64,000 bases of DNA from Cenarchaeum sp. (GTDB lineage: Archaea > Thermoproteota > Nitrososphaeria > Nitrososphaerales > Nitrosopumilaceae), in assembly GCA_963692915.1 (NCBI GenBank), contig OY843584.1, positions 640,001 through 704,000 of the forward strand. Reading direction: 5' to 3'. The notes beneath the pieces are model-generated. The model ran no database searches and was not told the origin of the DNA. It saw only the letters and a program-made list of their open reading frames with translations. Positions 48,904-60,100 of the stretch are shown in pieces. The translations under genes were made by a program, and so were the position numbers. Every line of letters starts with the position of its first letter. The first letter of the stretch is position 1.

Positions 48904-51783
48904 CTACTCGACGAGGATCGCCGGCTTGAACGCGCGCGCAGTCTTGGCCTTGCCGCGCGGGTCATCCGGGCCGGCATCAGACTCGGCGAGAACGACAAGG
49001 CTGGCGCCAAGCTCGGCCTGAACGAGCGGGCCGAGGCCCGACTCGTATGTCGCTGCCTCATCAAGCGGGCCGGCCCCCGCCATGAGGTGCCTGTTACGGG
49101 GAGTCTCGGAGAGAATGTCAGCAAGCGTCTTTTTGACAAATGCCGCATCGCGGCGCACGTCTGCCGTGCCGGCATCCTCGCCGAGCGCGCGCATCATCGA
49201 GCCCAGGTCGGCGGCCCCGCCCTCGGCTGCCCCGAGCATAAGCGAGTGTGCGCGCGACTTTGCCTCGCCGGCCACGTAGAGCGTGATCCTCGAGGCCTCT
49301 ATGCCCGTAGTCTTTAGTATCTTTTGAATGTCGGCCATCGCCGAGGAGACGAGTGACTCGGCGAGGAGCATTCGCGCATCGCCCTCGTGCGGGGTCACAT
49401 CAGGCCACGGCGATGATGACACCATGCCGGCGTTTCCAAGGGCCGCCCACATCTCCTCGGCGGCATGCGGTGCAAACGGGGAGAGGAGTGCGGCGCGCGC
49501 AGACCACGCCTCGCGCAGTGCGGCCACGCCTGCGCCGCCGGTGGAGCCGGCGCGGCGCGCGTGCCATGCGAGATCAGAGTCAAGGCCGGATATAACGTGA
49601 CGGACGGCCTCGCGGAGGCGCATCTTTTCGACGAGCTCGGAGACTGTTGCCGCAGTCTCGCGCACGCGCGCGCCGAGCCACACGTCAGCTGGGGTTGCGT
49701 CGCCCTGTGCTGCCGCACCAAGGCGCGCGCACTCGGCCATCATCGACTCGAGGTGCCTCGAGGATGAGCGCACAAGATCCATCTTAAAGTCCGCATCCTG
49801 CAATAGCTCTGCAGACGACAGGATCGCCAGGCGTATGGGGTCGGCCCCGTGCTCGCGAACCGCCTGCCGGAGCGGGATTATATTGCTCATCGACTTTGAC
49901 ATCTTTTTGCCCTCCATGAGGACAGAGCCGTTCACGACTATCTGGCGCGGCCAGTGTCCCTCGGGGAAGATGAGCGCGTGGTTGAAGACAAAGAACGAGA
50001 GGTGGTTTGGCACGAGGTCACGGCCCGAGTGCCGCGAGTCGACGGGATAAAAGTACTCAAACTCTGCCCTTATCTCGGAGATCGTGCGCTCATCTGATCC
50101 ACAAGATGCTGCCACGGACGCCGCATCGCCGAGGCCAAGAAACACGTGGTCAAAGAACGCGTCATCGAGTGACTCGGTCTCGATGAGGCCCTCGTTGACA
50201 AAGCGCGAGACGACATAGTATGCCATGTATATGACCGAGTCTGACAGGCTCTCGACTATCCAGCCGTCATCCCACGGCAGGCGCGTCCCCAGGCCGCTCT
50301 GGCGCGCGCACGCGCGCTCGCGCAGCCACCCAAACACGTGGTCAAACTCTGGCCTCATGTCAGCGGGGACTATCTCGAGGCGCCCAAGGGCGCGGCGCGC
50401 AGTCTCCTTCCACTCGGGGCTCGAATAGTCAAGAAACCACTGGTTGCTCAGGACATGGACGACGCACTCGGTCCCGCAGCGGCACACTATGGGCGGATTG
50501 GAGAACTCGTACATTGCGCCCGGCGGGCCGTCCTGCACGCGCGCAAGCCACGCAGAGGCGGCCTCCTTTGCGTCCTGCGCGCCCATTCCCGCAAGGTCAC
50601 CGGTGTTCTCGAGCATCGTGCCCCCATAGTACTCGGCAGCATAGAGCTTTTTTGTGAGCTCCTCGAGCCTCGCGTCATCCTGCGAGGCCACGCCGGCGCC
50701 AGAGACGAGGGATGCTGCCGGATTGTCGCCATGGCCGTCAGTGGAAATTATGCGGATGGGCTCGATCTGCGCGGCGAACGAGGCGGCCTCGCCGGAGGCG
50801 CCGCGCAGGTCGGCGAGTGCCGCATGGTCATATGGCGCGTGGGCAGGCACGGACATTACGGCACCTGTCCCGACGTTGCCGCGCACAAAGCTCGCAGGCA
50901 GGACACGCACGTCTCGCCCGATGCCTGGAATGCGCGCGACGCGCCCAACGAGCTCCGAGCCGGCCACGGCCTCGCCGCCAAGCGCGCGCGCGCCGGCATC
51001 AAGGTGCGCAAGCTTGGAGGCGCACTCGGGACTCACAAGCCACACAGAGCCGCCTACGTCGACCTTGACGTATCCAATCTCGGGGTTTATCCACATGTTC
51101 GTCACCCCGTATATCGTCTCTGGCCTCATCGTTGCTGCCGGCAGGACCGTCCCGTCATCGAGCTCCACGCGCACGATCGAGTATTCCACAAAGTCCGGCT
51201 CGACGTCCCCGCGCGTGTCATGCTGCGAGACAGGGTTGGAGTCACGCGGGCACCACCCCACGGGGTGCGAGCCCTGCACAATGACGCCGCGCTTGCGCAG
51301 GAGGCGAACCTGCCACGCGATGAACTTTTGGTATGCGGCATCTATCGTCGTAAACTCGCGGCTCCAGTCAATAGAGTAGCCCATCTCGACCATGCCAGAG
51401 CGTATCTCGGCGTGAAAATAGCGCGCAATGTTGACCGGTTCGGTGAACTCGGCGATCCGCTCGTGCGGAACCCCATACAGGTCAACGAGGCCAGATATCA
51501 GGCCCTCATCACCGGACTCTATTCGCGCGGCCATTCCAAGTATTGGCGTGCCCGTGTAGTGGAACGCCATCGGAAAGAGGACGTTGCGGCCTCGCATGCG
51601 CTCAAAGCGCGCATGGACGTCGGCCAGCGTGTACGTCCGGCCGTGGCCTATGTGCTGCGGAGAGTTTGGGTAGGGGTACGCGACGGTGATAAAGCGCTTT
51701 TCGCGTGACGCGTCGACTCGCGCGGCCTCTGTGCCGCTCCATCGCGCGCGCCACTTTGACTCTATTGCGCCCCAGTCGGCCAT
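48904..51783 (-). CDS. leuS: Leucyl-tRNA synthetase
   Basis: AYPYPNSPQHIGH, GTGAVMSVPAHAPYD and KMSKS motifs. Confidence 0.96.
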   Translation of the reverse strand: MADWGAIESKWRARWSGTEAARVDASREKRFITVAYPYPNSPQHIGHGRTYTLADVHARFERMRGRNVLFPMAFHYTGTPILGMAARIESGDEGLISGLVDLYGVPHERIAEFTEPVNIARYFHAEIRSGMVEMGYSIDWSREFTTIDAAYQKFIAWQVRLLRKRGVIVQGSHPVGWCPRDSNPVSQHDTRGDVEPDFVEYSIVRVELDDGTVLPAATMRPETIYGVTNMWINPEIGYVKVDVGGSVWLVSPECASKLAHLDAGARALGGEAVAGSELVGRVARIPGIGRDVRVLPASFVRGNVGTGAVMSVPAHAPYDHAALADLRGASGEAASFAAQIEPIRIISTDGHGDNPAASLVSGAGVASQDDARLEELTKKLYAAEYYGGTMLENTGDLAGMGAQDAKEAASAWLARVQDGPPGAMYEFSNPPIVCRCGTECVVHVLSNQWFLDYSSPEWKETARRALGRLEIVPADMRPEFDHVFGWLRERACARQSGLGTRLPWDDGWIVESLSDSVIYMAYYVVSRFVNEGLIETESLDDAFFDHVFLGLGDAASVAASCGSDERTISEIRAEFEYFYPVDSRHSGRDLVPNHLSFFVFNHALIFPEGHWPRQIVVNGSVLMEGKKMSKSMSNIIPLRQAVREHGADPIRLAILSSAELLQDADFKMDLVRSSSRHLESMMAECARLGAAAQGDATPADVWLGARVRETAATVSELVEKMRLREAVRHVISGLDSDLAWHARRAGSTGGAGVAALREAWSARAALLSPFAPHAAEEMWAALGNAGMVSSSPWPDVTPHEGDARMLLAESLVSSAMADIQKILKTTGIEASRITLYVAGEAKSRAHSLMLGAAEGGAADLGSMMRALGEDAGTADVRRDAAFVKKTLADILSETPRNRHLMAGAGPLDEAATYESGLGPLVQAELGASLVVLAESDAGPDDPRGKAKTARAFKPAILVE

Positions 51784-51793
51784 CGTGGAGCCC

Positions 51794-54505
51794 TCACGCC
51801 CCTGCTGAGGCCATCGCCTCAGCACGCTTTACGGCCTCTTGGGCGCGCGAGACGTCAACGCCGCCGCCCTGCCCAAAGCGCGCACTGCCGCCCCCCGAGC
51901 CGCCAAGTATCGCCGATGCCTCCTTTGCCAGCTCGCCGGCCCTGACGACCTTTTCGGCCTCAGAGCCCGAGTATGCGATAATGCGCTCACGCTCACCGTC
52001 ACGAACGAGCACAAAGTAGACGAGGCGCGGCTCGGCCTTTATGGCCGCCTCGCCGACTGCAATGTGATAGTCAGCGTCAAGCTCGCCGTCGATGAGCGTA
52101 TAGAGCCTCACAGGGCCGACATCGCGCGCCGAGCCGACAGCAGCCGCGGCGGCCGCATCGCGCGACCTCCTCGTCAGGGACTTTAGGCGGCTTCGCGCAG
52201 CATCCCCCGAGGAGAGCTTGCGCTCAAGGGACTCGGGAATCTTTTGCCGGTCTGCGCCGATCTTGCCGGCGACCCACTCTAGTGTCCGGTCATGATCCTG
52301 CACGTGCGAGAGTGCGGGCTCGCCGGCCTTGAAGACGAGGCGTATCACGCCGTCCTGCACGCGCTCTGTCTGCGTTATCTTTAGGAGGCCGATCTCGCCG
52401 GTTCGCCGCACGTGCGTTCCGCCGCACGCCTCGACGTCAAAGTCGCCAACGCTCACTATGCGAACCGCGTCGACTGGGACCACGCCGCCCTGGTATATCC
52501 TAAACCCAAATCTCGACTCGGCCTCCTCTCGCGCATACTCGCGAATTCGGACCTCGAGATTTTGGCGCACTATCGAGTTTGCCATCGACTCTATCCTTGC
52601 GACATCATCGGGCGTGAGGGCCGAGTGGTGCGTGATGTCAAGGCGCGCGTGATCCTCGTCCTTGAATGCCGAGTGCTGCCAGACCCACGATCCCAGGACG
52701 CTCCGTGCCGACGAGTTTAGTATGTGCGTTGACGTGTGGTGAACCGTGACTGCCTCGCGGCGCGCCGCGTCAACGACGCACCTAACGGTCTCGCCGACGC
52801 GCGGGAGGTCGCCTTTGATCGTGTGCGCAATGACGCCATCGTGCGACGTGACGTCAGTCACCGTGGCCGCGCCTATCGTGCCATAGTCAGGCTCCTGGCC
52901 CCCGCTGCGCGCATAGAATGACGTGCGGTCCAGGACTACAGTCCCGCCGGCCGCATGGAGGACACGCGCGTCAAACTCGCCGGGGTCGTCTGCGTGAAAG
53001 AGCGCAACGGTGCGGTCCAGGCCGGCGAGTCCGGCGGGTGCTGCCTCGGCGGCCTTTGAGGCCGACTGGTGGAGCTCAGAAAGGCGCTCATAGAACTCGG
53101 GCGGTATCTCCTCAATTGCGCCGAGCTCCTTGAGATAGTCAGGCGGCACGCCGTCAGACTCGTAGAGCGTGATGAGCTCGTCGACTGTGGGCTCGGCCTT
53201 TTTTGAGCGCATCTTGGAGGCAATCGACTCCATCCTGGAGCGCATGCCCGAGTAGCGCCGCGCCTCAAGGCCGACGATCTCGCTTATCTCGCCGGCGGCC
53301 TCGGCTAGCTCGGGATATGTCCCGCGAAGGTACTCGACGTGGAGCGCGATGAGCTCGTCGAGGTCGTGGCGCGCCCCGAGGCGCCCGAGCTGCGCCATCA
53401 TGCGGCGAAGGAGCACGCGCAGGTTGTAGCCCCCGCCGACGTTGCTTGGAAGCGCGCCGTCGGCTATTGCAAAGGCGAGCGTGCGCAGGTGGTCGGCCAC
53501 TAGGTATATGCCCTCAAGCGGCGCGATGACGCCCGAGACGTACGAGTCGTCTAGTGCGCACGTCGAGATTGCGCGCCGGCGCGCGCGCGCAAGGTCTGGC
53601 TCGGATGACAGGCCGCGCGCTATCTCCCTGAAATACGCGCAGAGCGCCTCCGTGCCGGCCTCAACGCCCTCGGCGTCGGCCATGCGCGACGTTATCGGCC
53701 CAAAGCAGCAGTCATACGCAGTCGGCGTTCCCATCGTGATCCAGGCAAAGCGCTCGAGGCCTGCCCCCATGTCAATGACGCGCCGGTCGAGCCGGCGCGG
53801 CTCGCCGAGGCTGCCCTGAAACTCGGTAAAGACGGCATTGCCCAGCTCGAGGCCGCCCACAAAGTACTCTAGTGACGAGCCAAACGAGCCGCCGCCTGAC
53901 CACACATCCTCGACGAACGTGACGTCCTTTCCCGGTATGCCAAGCGTGCGCGTGAGCATCTCATAGTCGAGCTCGATGCACCTGTCCTTCCAGTACCCGC
54001 CCTCATCAGGCATGCTAAGCTGCCCGATCATGCAAAAGCTCGAAAAGTGCCTGCCCGTCACGCCGACATTGCCAATGTCATTAAAGCGAACGCACGGTTG
54101 CGGGACGACGAGCGGGTTGGCCGGAAACTCGAACTGTATGCCAGAGCCCGTCGGGCGCTGAAAGTCGACGATCGAGGCGATTGTAAAGTAGAGGTCATCG
54201 CGCCACCTGCACACGACAGGATAGCGCCCAATGGACTTGTGGCCATTCTCGACAAAGAACGACTCGACGGCCCGCCATGCGTTCGCATAGTCGAGCCTCT
54301 TGGCGGTGGGCGGGTTGCCGATAAAGGAATAGGCGTCCTCGACGTCATCATCGGGGCAGAGCGTCCTGGAGGGGTCTTGCGTCCAAAAGTGCCTAGAGCA
54401 CCTAGCGCACGCGTGCCTCTCAAAGCCCAGCTCGTCAAAGAGGGCCACGCGATAGTGCGCATCGGGGTCTGCAGACATCCTAGAGAGGAGCTCCGCCTTG
54501 TCCAT
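51794..54505 (-). CDS. alaS: Alanyl-tRNA synthetase
   Basis: FTIASI, VGVTGRH, DMGAGLER, HHTSTH, ACGGTH and GGSGGG motifs. Confidence 0.96.
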   Translation of the reverse strand: MDKAELLSRMSADPDAHYRVALFDELGFERHACARCSRHFWTQDPSRTLCPDDDVEDAYSFIGNPPTAKRLDYANAWRAVESFFVENGHKSIGRYPVVCRWRDDLYFTIASIVDFQRPTGSGIQFEFPANPLVVPQPCVRFNDIGNVGVTGRHFSSFCMIGQLSMPDEGGYWKDRCIELDYEMLTRTLGIPGKDVTFVEDVWSGGGSFGSSLEYFVGGLELGNAVFTEFQGSLGEPRRLDRRVIDMGAGLERFAWITMGTPTAYDCCFGPITSRMADAEGVEAGTEALCAYFREIARGLSSEPDLARARRRAISTCALDDSYVSGVIAPLEGIYLVADHLRTLAFAIADGALPSNVGGGYNLRVLLRRMMAQLGRLGARHDLDELIALHVEYLRGTYPELAEAAGEISEIVGLEARRYSGMRSRMESIASKMRSKKAEPTVDELITLYESDGVPPDYLKELGAIEEIPPEFYERLSELHQSASKAAEAAPAGLAGLDRTVALFHADDPGEFDARVLHAAGGTVVLDRTSFYARSGGQEPDYGTIGAATVTDVTSHDGVIAHTIKGDLPRVGETVRCVVDAARREAVTVHHTSTHILNSSARSVLGSWVWQHSAFKDEDHARLDITHHSALTPDDVARIESMANSIVRQNLEVRIREYAREEAESRFGFRIYQGGVVPVDAVRIVSVGDFDVEACGGTHVRRTGEIGLLKITQTERVQDGVIRLVFKAGEPALSHVQDHDRTLEWVAGKIGADRQKIPESLERKLSSGDAARSRLKSLTRRSRDAAAAAAVGSARDVGPVRLYTLIDGELDADYHIAVGEAAIKAEPRLVYFVLVRDGERERIIAYSGSEAEKVVRAGELAKEASAILGGSGGGSARFGQGGGVDVSRAQEAVKRAEAMASAGA

Positions 54506-54714
54506 GCGCGGCGCGTGAATCGGCCCGTATTAAGAAATTGTGCCAAGCGCAGGGCCGGCGCGCAGGAGAGGCCCTGTGCGCCCCGTGCGGTGCCGGAGGG
54601 CCTGCAGGGAATGGCGCCTAGGCGTGGTTATGAAACAACGCCCGCCCATGGTGCCCATGCGTGCAGACCGCACGCACCAGTAACTGACCGGTCAGGATCG
54701 CACCATGGGGAGAG

Positions 54715-55629
54715 TTAGGCACTGCCGCGAATCTTGCCGGCTAGCAGAACCGAGACCTCGGCAGGCCGGCGGGCGACTGGCACGTTGGCCTTGGTGAACA
54801 TGCCCACCTTTGACTCTGCGGAGCCATAGTTGCCGTACACGATCGCGCCAGCATGGCCCATGCGCTTCTCCTTTGGCGCCGCACGGCCAGCAATGTACGC
54901 CACGACTGGAAGGTCAAAGCCCGTGTCGATTATCTTTTGTGCGAGCGTCTCCTCGGCGTCCCCGCCTATCTCCCCGACAACTACAATGCCGCGCAGGCCA
55001 CTGACGCCACGAACCATCTCAAATGCGTCAACAAGGCGCATGCCGTTCACTGGATCGCCCCCAATTCCCAGCGTGATGCACTGGCCAAATCCGGCCTGCG
55101 TCAGGTTATTCGATATCTCATAGAGGAGCGTGCCGCTCTTTGAGAGGACGGCAATGTCTCCTGACGCAAATGGGCTGGCAGGCATGATGCCGACCTTTAT
55201 CGTGCCAGGAATCATCACGCCTGGCGTGTTGGGGCCGATGACGAGGGCGTCATGCTTGGCGGCAAGCTCGATAACCTCTAGCGTGTCCCTTACGGGCACA
55301 TGCTCGGGTATCGCCACTAGCAGCCGTGCGCCGGCTTCGAGTGCCTCACGGGCGGCACCAAGAAAGTGCCTTGCAGGGACAAAATTTGCGACAATCTCGG
55401 CGTGCGTGGCCGAGATCGCCTCGGCGACTGTGTTGTACAGCGGTATGCCCTCAAAGTCGCCGCCGCCCTTGCCGGGCGTGACGCCGGCGGCGATGTTTGT
55501 GCCATAGTCACGCATGAGGCGCGTGTGGCGCGAGCCAAACGTGCCGGTCATGCCCTGCACAATGACTGGCTTTTTGCCATAGTCGGCATCGCCCTCCCTG
55601 CCGCGCAATATCTCAAATATGTCAATCAT
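54715..55629 (-). CDS. sucD: Succinyl-CoA ligase alpha subunit
   Basis: VQGMTG, GVTPGKGG, IGPNTPG, GIGGD and RMGHAGA motifs. Confidence 0.96.
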   Translation of the reverse strand: MIDIFEILRGREGDADYGKKPVIVQGMTGTFGSRHTRLMRDYGTNIAAGVTPGKGGGDFEGIPLYNTVAEAISATHAEIVANFVPARHFLGAAREALEAGARLLVAIPEHVPVRDTLEVIELAAKHDALVIGPNTPGVMIPGTIKVGIMPASPFASGDIAVLSKSGTLLYEISNNLTQAGFGQCITLGIGGDPVNGMRLVDAFEMVRGVSGLRGIVVVGEIGGDAEETLAQKIIDTGFDLPVVAYIAGRAAPKEKRMGHAGAIVYGNYGSAESKVGMFTKANVPVARRPAEVSVLLAGKIRGSA

Positions 55630-56735
55630 CGCCGTTTGGCTCCCCGAACTGCCGCGTTGATCGCCTCCTCGACTGTGTCAAACATCTCTATCTGCGATCC
55701 ATCGAGCATCTCCTTGGCCTTGTCTGACTCGGCGCCCTTTAGGCGCGCAAATGTCGGCAGCGAGATGGTTCCGTCACCGTACGCCTTTAGGAACGCAGTG
55801 GCCACCGTTGTGGTCCTCACTATGCCACCATACAGGTTTACGAGGATCGCTCGCGTGCGGTGCATCTTGCTGATTAGCGTGACGGCCTCGTAGACTGACT
55901 CTACGGTCGCGCCGCCACCCACGTCAAGAAAGCACGACGGCTTGCCGCCGCTGTCAGAGAGCATGTCAAACGTCGACATGACAAGGCCTGCGCCATTCCC
56001 GACAACTGCAATGTCGCCGTCCATCTCGACAAGCGAGAATCCTCGCGCCGTGGCCCGATCCTCAAGCTCTGAGACCTCCCTGTACTTTTGGAGCTCGGGA
56101 TGCCTAAAGTTGGAGTTGTCATCCGTTATGACCTTGCCATCAAGGGCCGTCATGGTCTCGCCATCGACTATGGCAAGCGGGTTGATCTCGGCGAGCTCGG
56201 CCTCCTTTTCCATAGCGAGGCGCGAGAGCGACTCGAGCGTCTTGACAAAAGATGCCGCCATGTCTCCCTTTAGGCCGATCTCCGTGGCGATTTCAGCACA
56301 CGTCGCCGCATCGACGCCGTTGAGGCCGATCTCGCGAATCGTCTGATCCTTGACTGACTCTATCTCGACGCCGCCCTCAGAGGACGCAATGACTGTGTAT
56401 GTTCGGGTGCCCCTGTTGAGCATGAGCGCCAGATAGATCTCGGAGGATATCGTGGCGGCCTTTTCAACCAGTATTGTGCGCGTCTGCTCACCCTTTATCG
56501 TCATGTTTAGGACCTCGGGGAACTTTATCTCCAGCTCCTCGGGGCTCGAGCACTTTTGTATTCCGCCGGCCTTGCCCCTGCCACCCACTGGCACCTGTGA
56601 CTTTATGACTACGGGGTAGCCCATCTGACCGGCAGCCTCCCTGGCCTCCCCGACATCACGGCAGACTGCGCCATCTAGGAGGCGTATTCCATACTCGGCA
56701 AATAGTTCCTTTGCCTGATACTCTAGGAGACGCAC
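55626..56735 (-). CDS. sucC: Succinyl-CoA ligase beta subunit
   Basis: LLEYQAKELF, GGRGKAGG, AEINPL and GNGAGL motifs. Confidence 0.96.
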   Translation of the reverse strand: MRLLEYQAKELFAEYGIRLLDGAVCRDVGEAREAAGQMGYPVVIKSQVPVGGRGKAGGIQKCSSPEELEIKFPEVLNMTIKGEQTRTILVEKAATISSEIYLALMLNRGTRTYTVIASSEGGVEIESVKDQTIREIGLNGVDAATCAEIATEIGLKGDMAASFVKTLESLSRLAMEKEAELAEINPLAIVDGETMTALDGKVITDDNSNFRHPELQKYREVSELEDRATARGFSLVEMDGDIAVVGNGAGLVMSTFDMLSDSGGKPSCFLDVGGGATVESVYEAVTLISKMHRTRAILVNLYGGIVRTTTVATAFLKAYGDGTISLPTFARLKGAESDKAKEMLDGSQIEMFDTVEEAINAAVRGAKRR

Positions 56736-56759
56736 GCGCGCGCCTCGTCGGATGCATCC

Positions 56760-57110
56760 TTATAAGCTGTCGCCACGAAGCTCGGACTCGAGCATTGCGA
56801 GAACCTGCGCAAAGCGCTCCCGGCTCGCGCCGATTAGGCGCGCAGGATACTCGTCTAGCGTAAAGACGGACTGGCTGTGGATGCTCGGGGGAACCGGCCC
56901 GCCCGAGACGATGCGCTGCTCTATGACATGGCCACTAGTGAGCGTGCAGACTATCTCCTCGTATGATGAGCCGTCCTCCTCGAGAACAAGCCTGTAGAGC
57001 GTTATTGGCGTGCCCGTCTTTTCAACGGCGCGCGAGCCGCGCGAGAGGAGATCGCGCATCTGGCGTGCCTGGTACGAGTCTAGGCTGATCTGCCTAACCA
57101 TGGCTCGCAT
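56760..57110 (-). CDS. Hypothetical protein
   Basis: 116-aa ORF between ileS and sucC with an upstream AT-rich box. Confidence 0.6.
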   Translation of the reverse strand: MRAMVRQISLDSYQARQMRDLLSRGSRAVEKTGTPITLYRLVLEEDGSSYEEIVCTLTSGHVIEQRIVSGGPVPPSIHSQSVFTLDEYPARLIGASRERFAQVLAMLESELRGDSL

Positions 57111-57155
57111 ATGCCGGTTTTTCTATTTAATAGTGATCATTGGATATCGTGCGCG

Positions 57156-60100
57156 CTAGCCCACCGCAATGCGGATGGGCTGCCCGTCAACGTCGCCGTC
57201 AGAATATGCGGCTCCTGGCCGATCGGAGAGCGTGACTCCCCTGACCCTCACAAGAAACGCAAGCTCCTCGAGCCGGCCGGCCACCATGGACTCCTGCTCG
57301 GGCGCCAGGCCGCTGACTGCCGCATACTCGAGGATGTCAGTCGGGTTGTGCCCGCGCTCCTTGCGCAGGGCCTGCAGGCGGCGCGCGAGGTCGCGCACGA
57401 GCCCGCGGCAGACCATCTCGGCGCTCCGGTTCGAGGGCAGTATGGCGGCCAGGCCGTCCCTGTCTGAGATTTCATTCTCTCCCGTTGCGCAGACCCCAAC
57501 GCCAATGTCTTCAGGACCCAGGACGATCTCGCGATCCCCGACCACGAGGGCGCACCGGCCATCGGCCTCGAGCATGCCGGCGATCTCGGCAGGCTTGGCG
57601 CGCGCAATCTCCTCAATCAGGCGCGGCAATAGATCCCTGGCCTTGGGACCGGCAGACTTTCGGTCAAGCTCGACGACAGGCTCCACGGGGAGCCCAAGCG
57701 AGGCGAGCTCGCGCACTCGTGCTGCGCCAGACGCACCGGCGTCGGCCTCCAGTATGTCTATGCTCTCGGCGTTGAGCTGCTCGCGCAGTATGTCCATGAC
57801 GCCCTCAAGAAGGCCACCCTGCGACTTGCCGACAACAAGCGTTATGCGCTCTATTGGCCACCGGCGCTTTAGTCGTGCGCGCGTGCGGGCAGCGGCTGCA
57901 ACTGACACAAGGCGCGCCATGAGATCAAATGACTCTTCGAGGCGCGAGTCGGCCATCTTGCCGTCAACTGTGGGCCATGACGAGGATGCCAGTGCGGTGC
58001 CAAATACTGCAGAGTGCAGGTGCTCTGTCGTGTATGGGCAAAAGGGGTGCAGGAGGGCATCTACTGTGCGGAGCGCATGAGCCATCACCATGTAGACCGT
58101 GCGCCGCCGCGCGGCGGCACCGTCGGACTCGTCCCACAGGTCTGCGCGCGTCATTGGCACGTACGACTGGCTCAGGTCGCTGATCACATATTCCTCTATG
58201 GCGTGGGCCGCCTCGTGAATTCTGCACGAGTCGAGGTCGCGCGTGACGCGAGACACCGTCCCATGGAGGCGCGAGAGTATCCACCGGTCAGCCGGCGATG
58301 AGCAGTCCGGCGGTTCTGCACACGTGCTGGCGGACACGTCAACGCCGTCGTACTCGGCGTTCTGCTCAAGGTACGCGTGCAGGTTGTAGAGTGTGGCGAG
58401 AACCTGGTACGGGCGCGTTCCAAGCTCGCGCTCATCAAAGTTTACCGACTCGATGGGGCTGGACTTCCACAAAAAGTACAGTCGAACAAGGTCGACCGGA
58501 CGGCGCTCTAGGAGCTCGTGCGCGTCAATCACGTTGCCCTTGCTCTTGCTCATCTTGTTGCCCTCGTGGTCAAGGACATGGCCCTGGAACAGAAATGACG
58601 AATAGGGCGCCGTCGGGGCGCCGGCGAGTATGACGCCCTCGACGAGCAGCGTGTATGCCCACCCGCGCGTCTGGTCAATGCCCTCGGTCAGAAAGGGCAC
58701 GGGGACGAGGCGCGCGTGGGACTCGTCATCCAGTGACGAATAGGGCGCCGAGCCGCTGTTGTGCCACGTGTCAAGGACATACTTTTCGCGGCTCGTCTCC
58801 TTGCCCCCGCACGAGGAGCAGCGGATCGTGATCCGGTCTATCCACGGCATGTGGAGCTCAAAGTCCTCCCCGTCGGGAAGCGACTCGGCCGCATCGAGGA
58901 TCTCGCTGCGCGAGTGGAGCCACGTCTTTGCGCCGCACGAGGAGCACCCCCACACGGGCAGGGGCGTGCCCCAGTAGCGCTCACGCGAGATGCACCACGG
59001 ATGGCGCTCGGAGACTATGCCCAAAAAGCGGTTGCGCGTCTGCTCGTAATAGTACTCGACAGCAGTGGCCGCATCAACTGTCATGCTGTCGAGTCGGTCC
59101 AGCATGTAAAACCACCCGCGCCTCGCAAGCCACACCAGCGCGTCACCGGAACGCCAGCAGTGCGGGTACTGGTGCTTGATCTTGCGCGCCCGCACGAGCG
59201 CTCCCCTCTCGCGCAGCGAGGCGACTATCGCGTCATCCGCATCGCGCACAAACATGCCCGCATACTTGCCCGCATCGCCAGTAAAGCGCACCGCGTCATC
59301 GATTGGGCAAAAGACGGGAACCTCGCGCCTCTGCGCAACGCGCATGTCCTCCTCGCCGTTTGCCGGCGATATGTGGACGAGGCCGCTCCCCGTGGCCGTG
59401 TCAACAAAGGCCTCGGCCACGACTGTGTGGTATGGCGCATTGCCGGCAAGTCCCGCAAGGCCGGGAATCTCGTCCAGGAGGGGGTGGAGATACCTTGTGC
59501 CCTCCAGGGCAGAGCCCCGGACAGTCGAGATGACGCTATACTCCTCGAGGCGCGCCTCTTTTGCAAACTCGGCGAGGCGCGTCCTGCCGACGATCCACGT
59601 CTCATCACCTGCCCTTATGCGGCAGTACTCCTCCTCAGGATGGACCGCGACGAGCGCGTCGGTGACGAGCGTAAAGGGCATGGTGGTCCACACGACAAGG
59701 CTGGCGTCCTCGCCGTCGAGGCGAACCTTGTAGTAGAGCGACGGATCGGTGGCCTCCTTGTACCCCTGCGCGACTTCGGCATGGCTGAGCGACGTCTGGC
59801 ATCCGGGGCAGTACGCGATGACCGCATAGTCGTCGCGCAGCACGCCGAGCGCGCGCGCGCGCCGCAGAACCTGCCATTCGCGCTCAATGTACGCATCAGT
59901 GTACGTCCAGTACGCAGAGTCGTCGTCAGCAGACATGCCAAGCAGCCTGTCGACTGCGACCCAGCGGTCATGGTACTCGCGCACTATTCTCTTGCACTCG
60001 GCGACGAGGCCCTCTATGCCATGCTCCTCTATTCTTGACTTTGAGCCCTCTATTCCGAGCTCCTTTTGCGCCTGCAGCTCGACGGGGAGGCCCTGCGCGT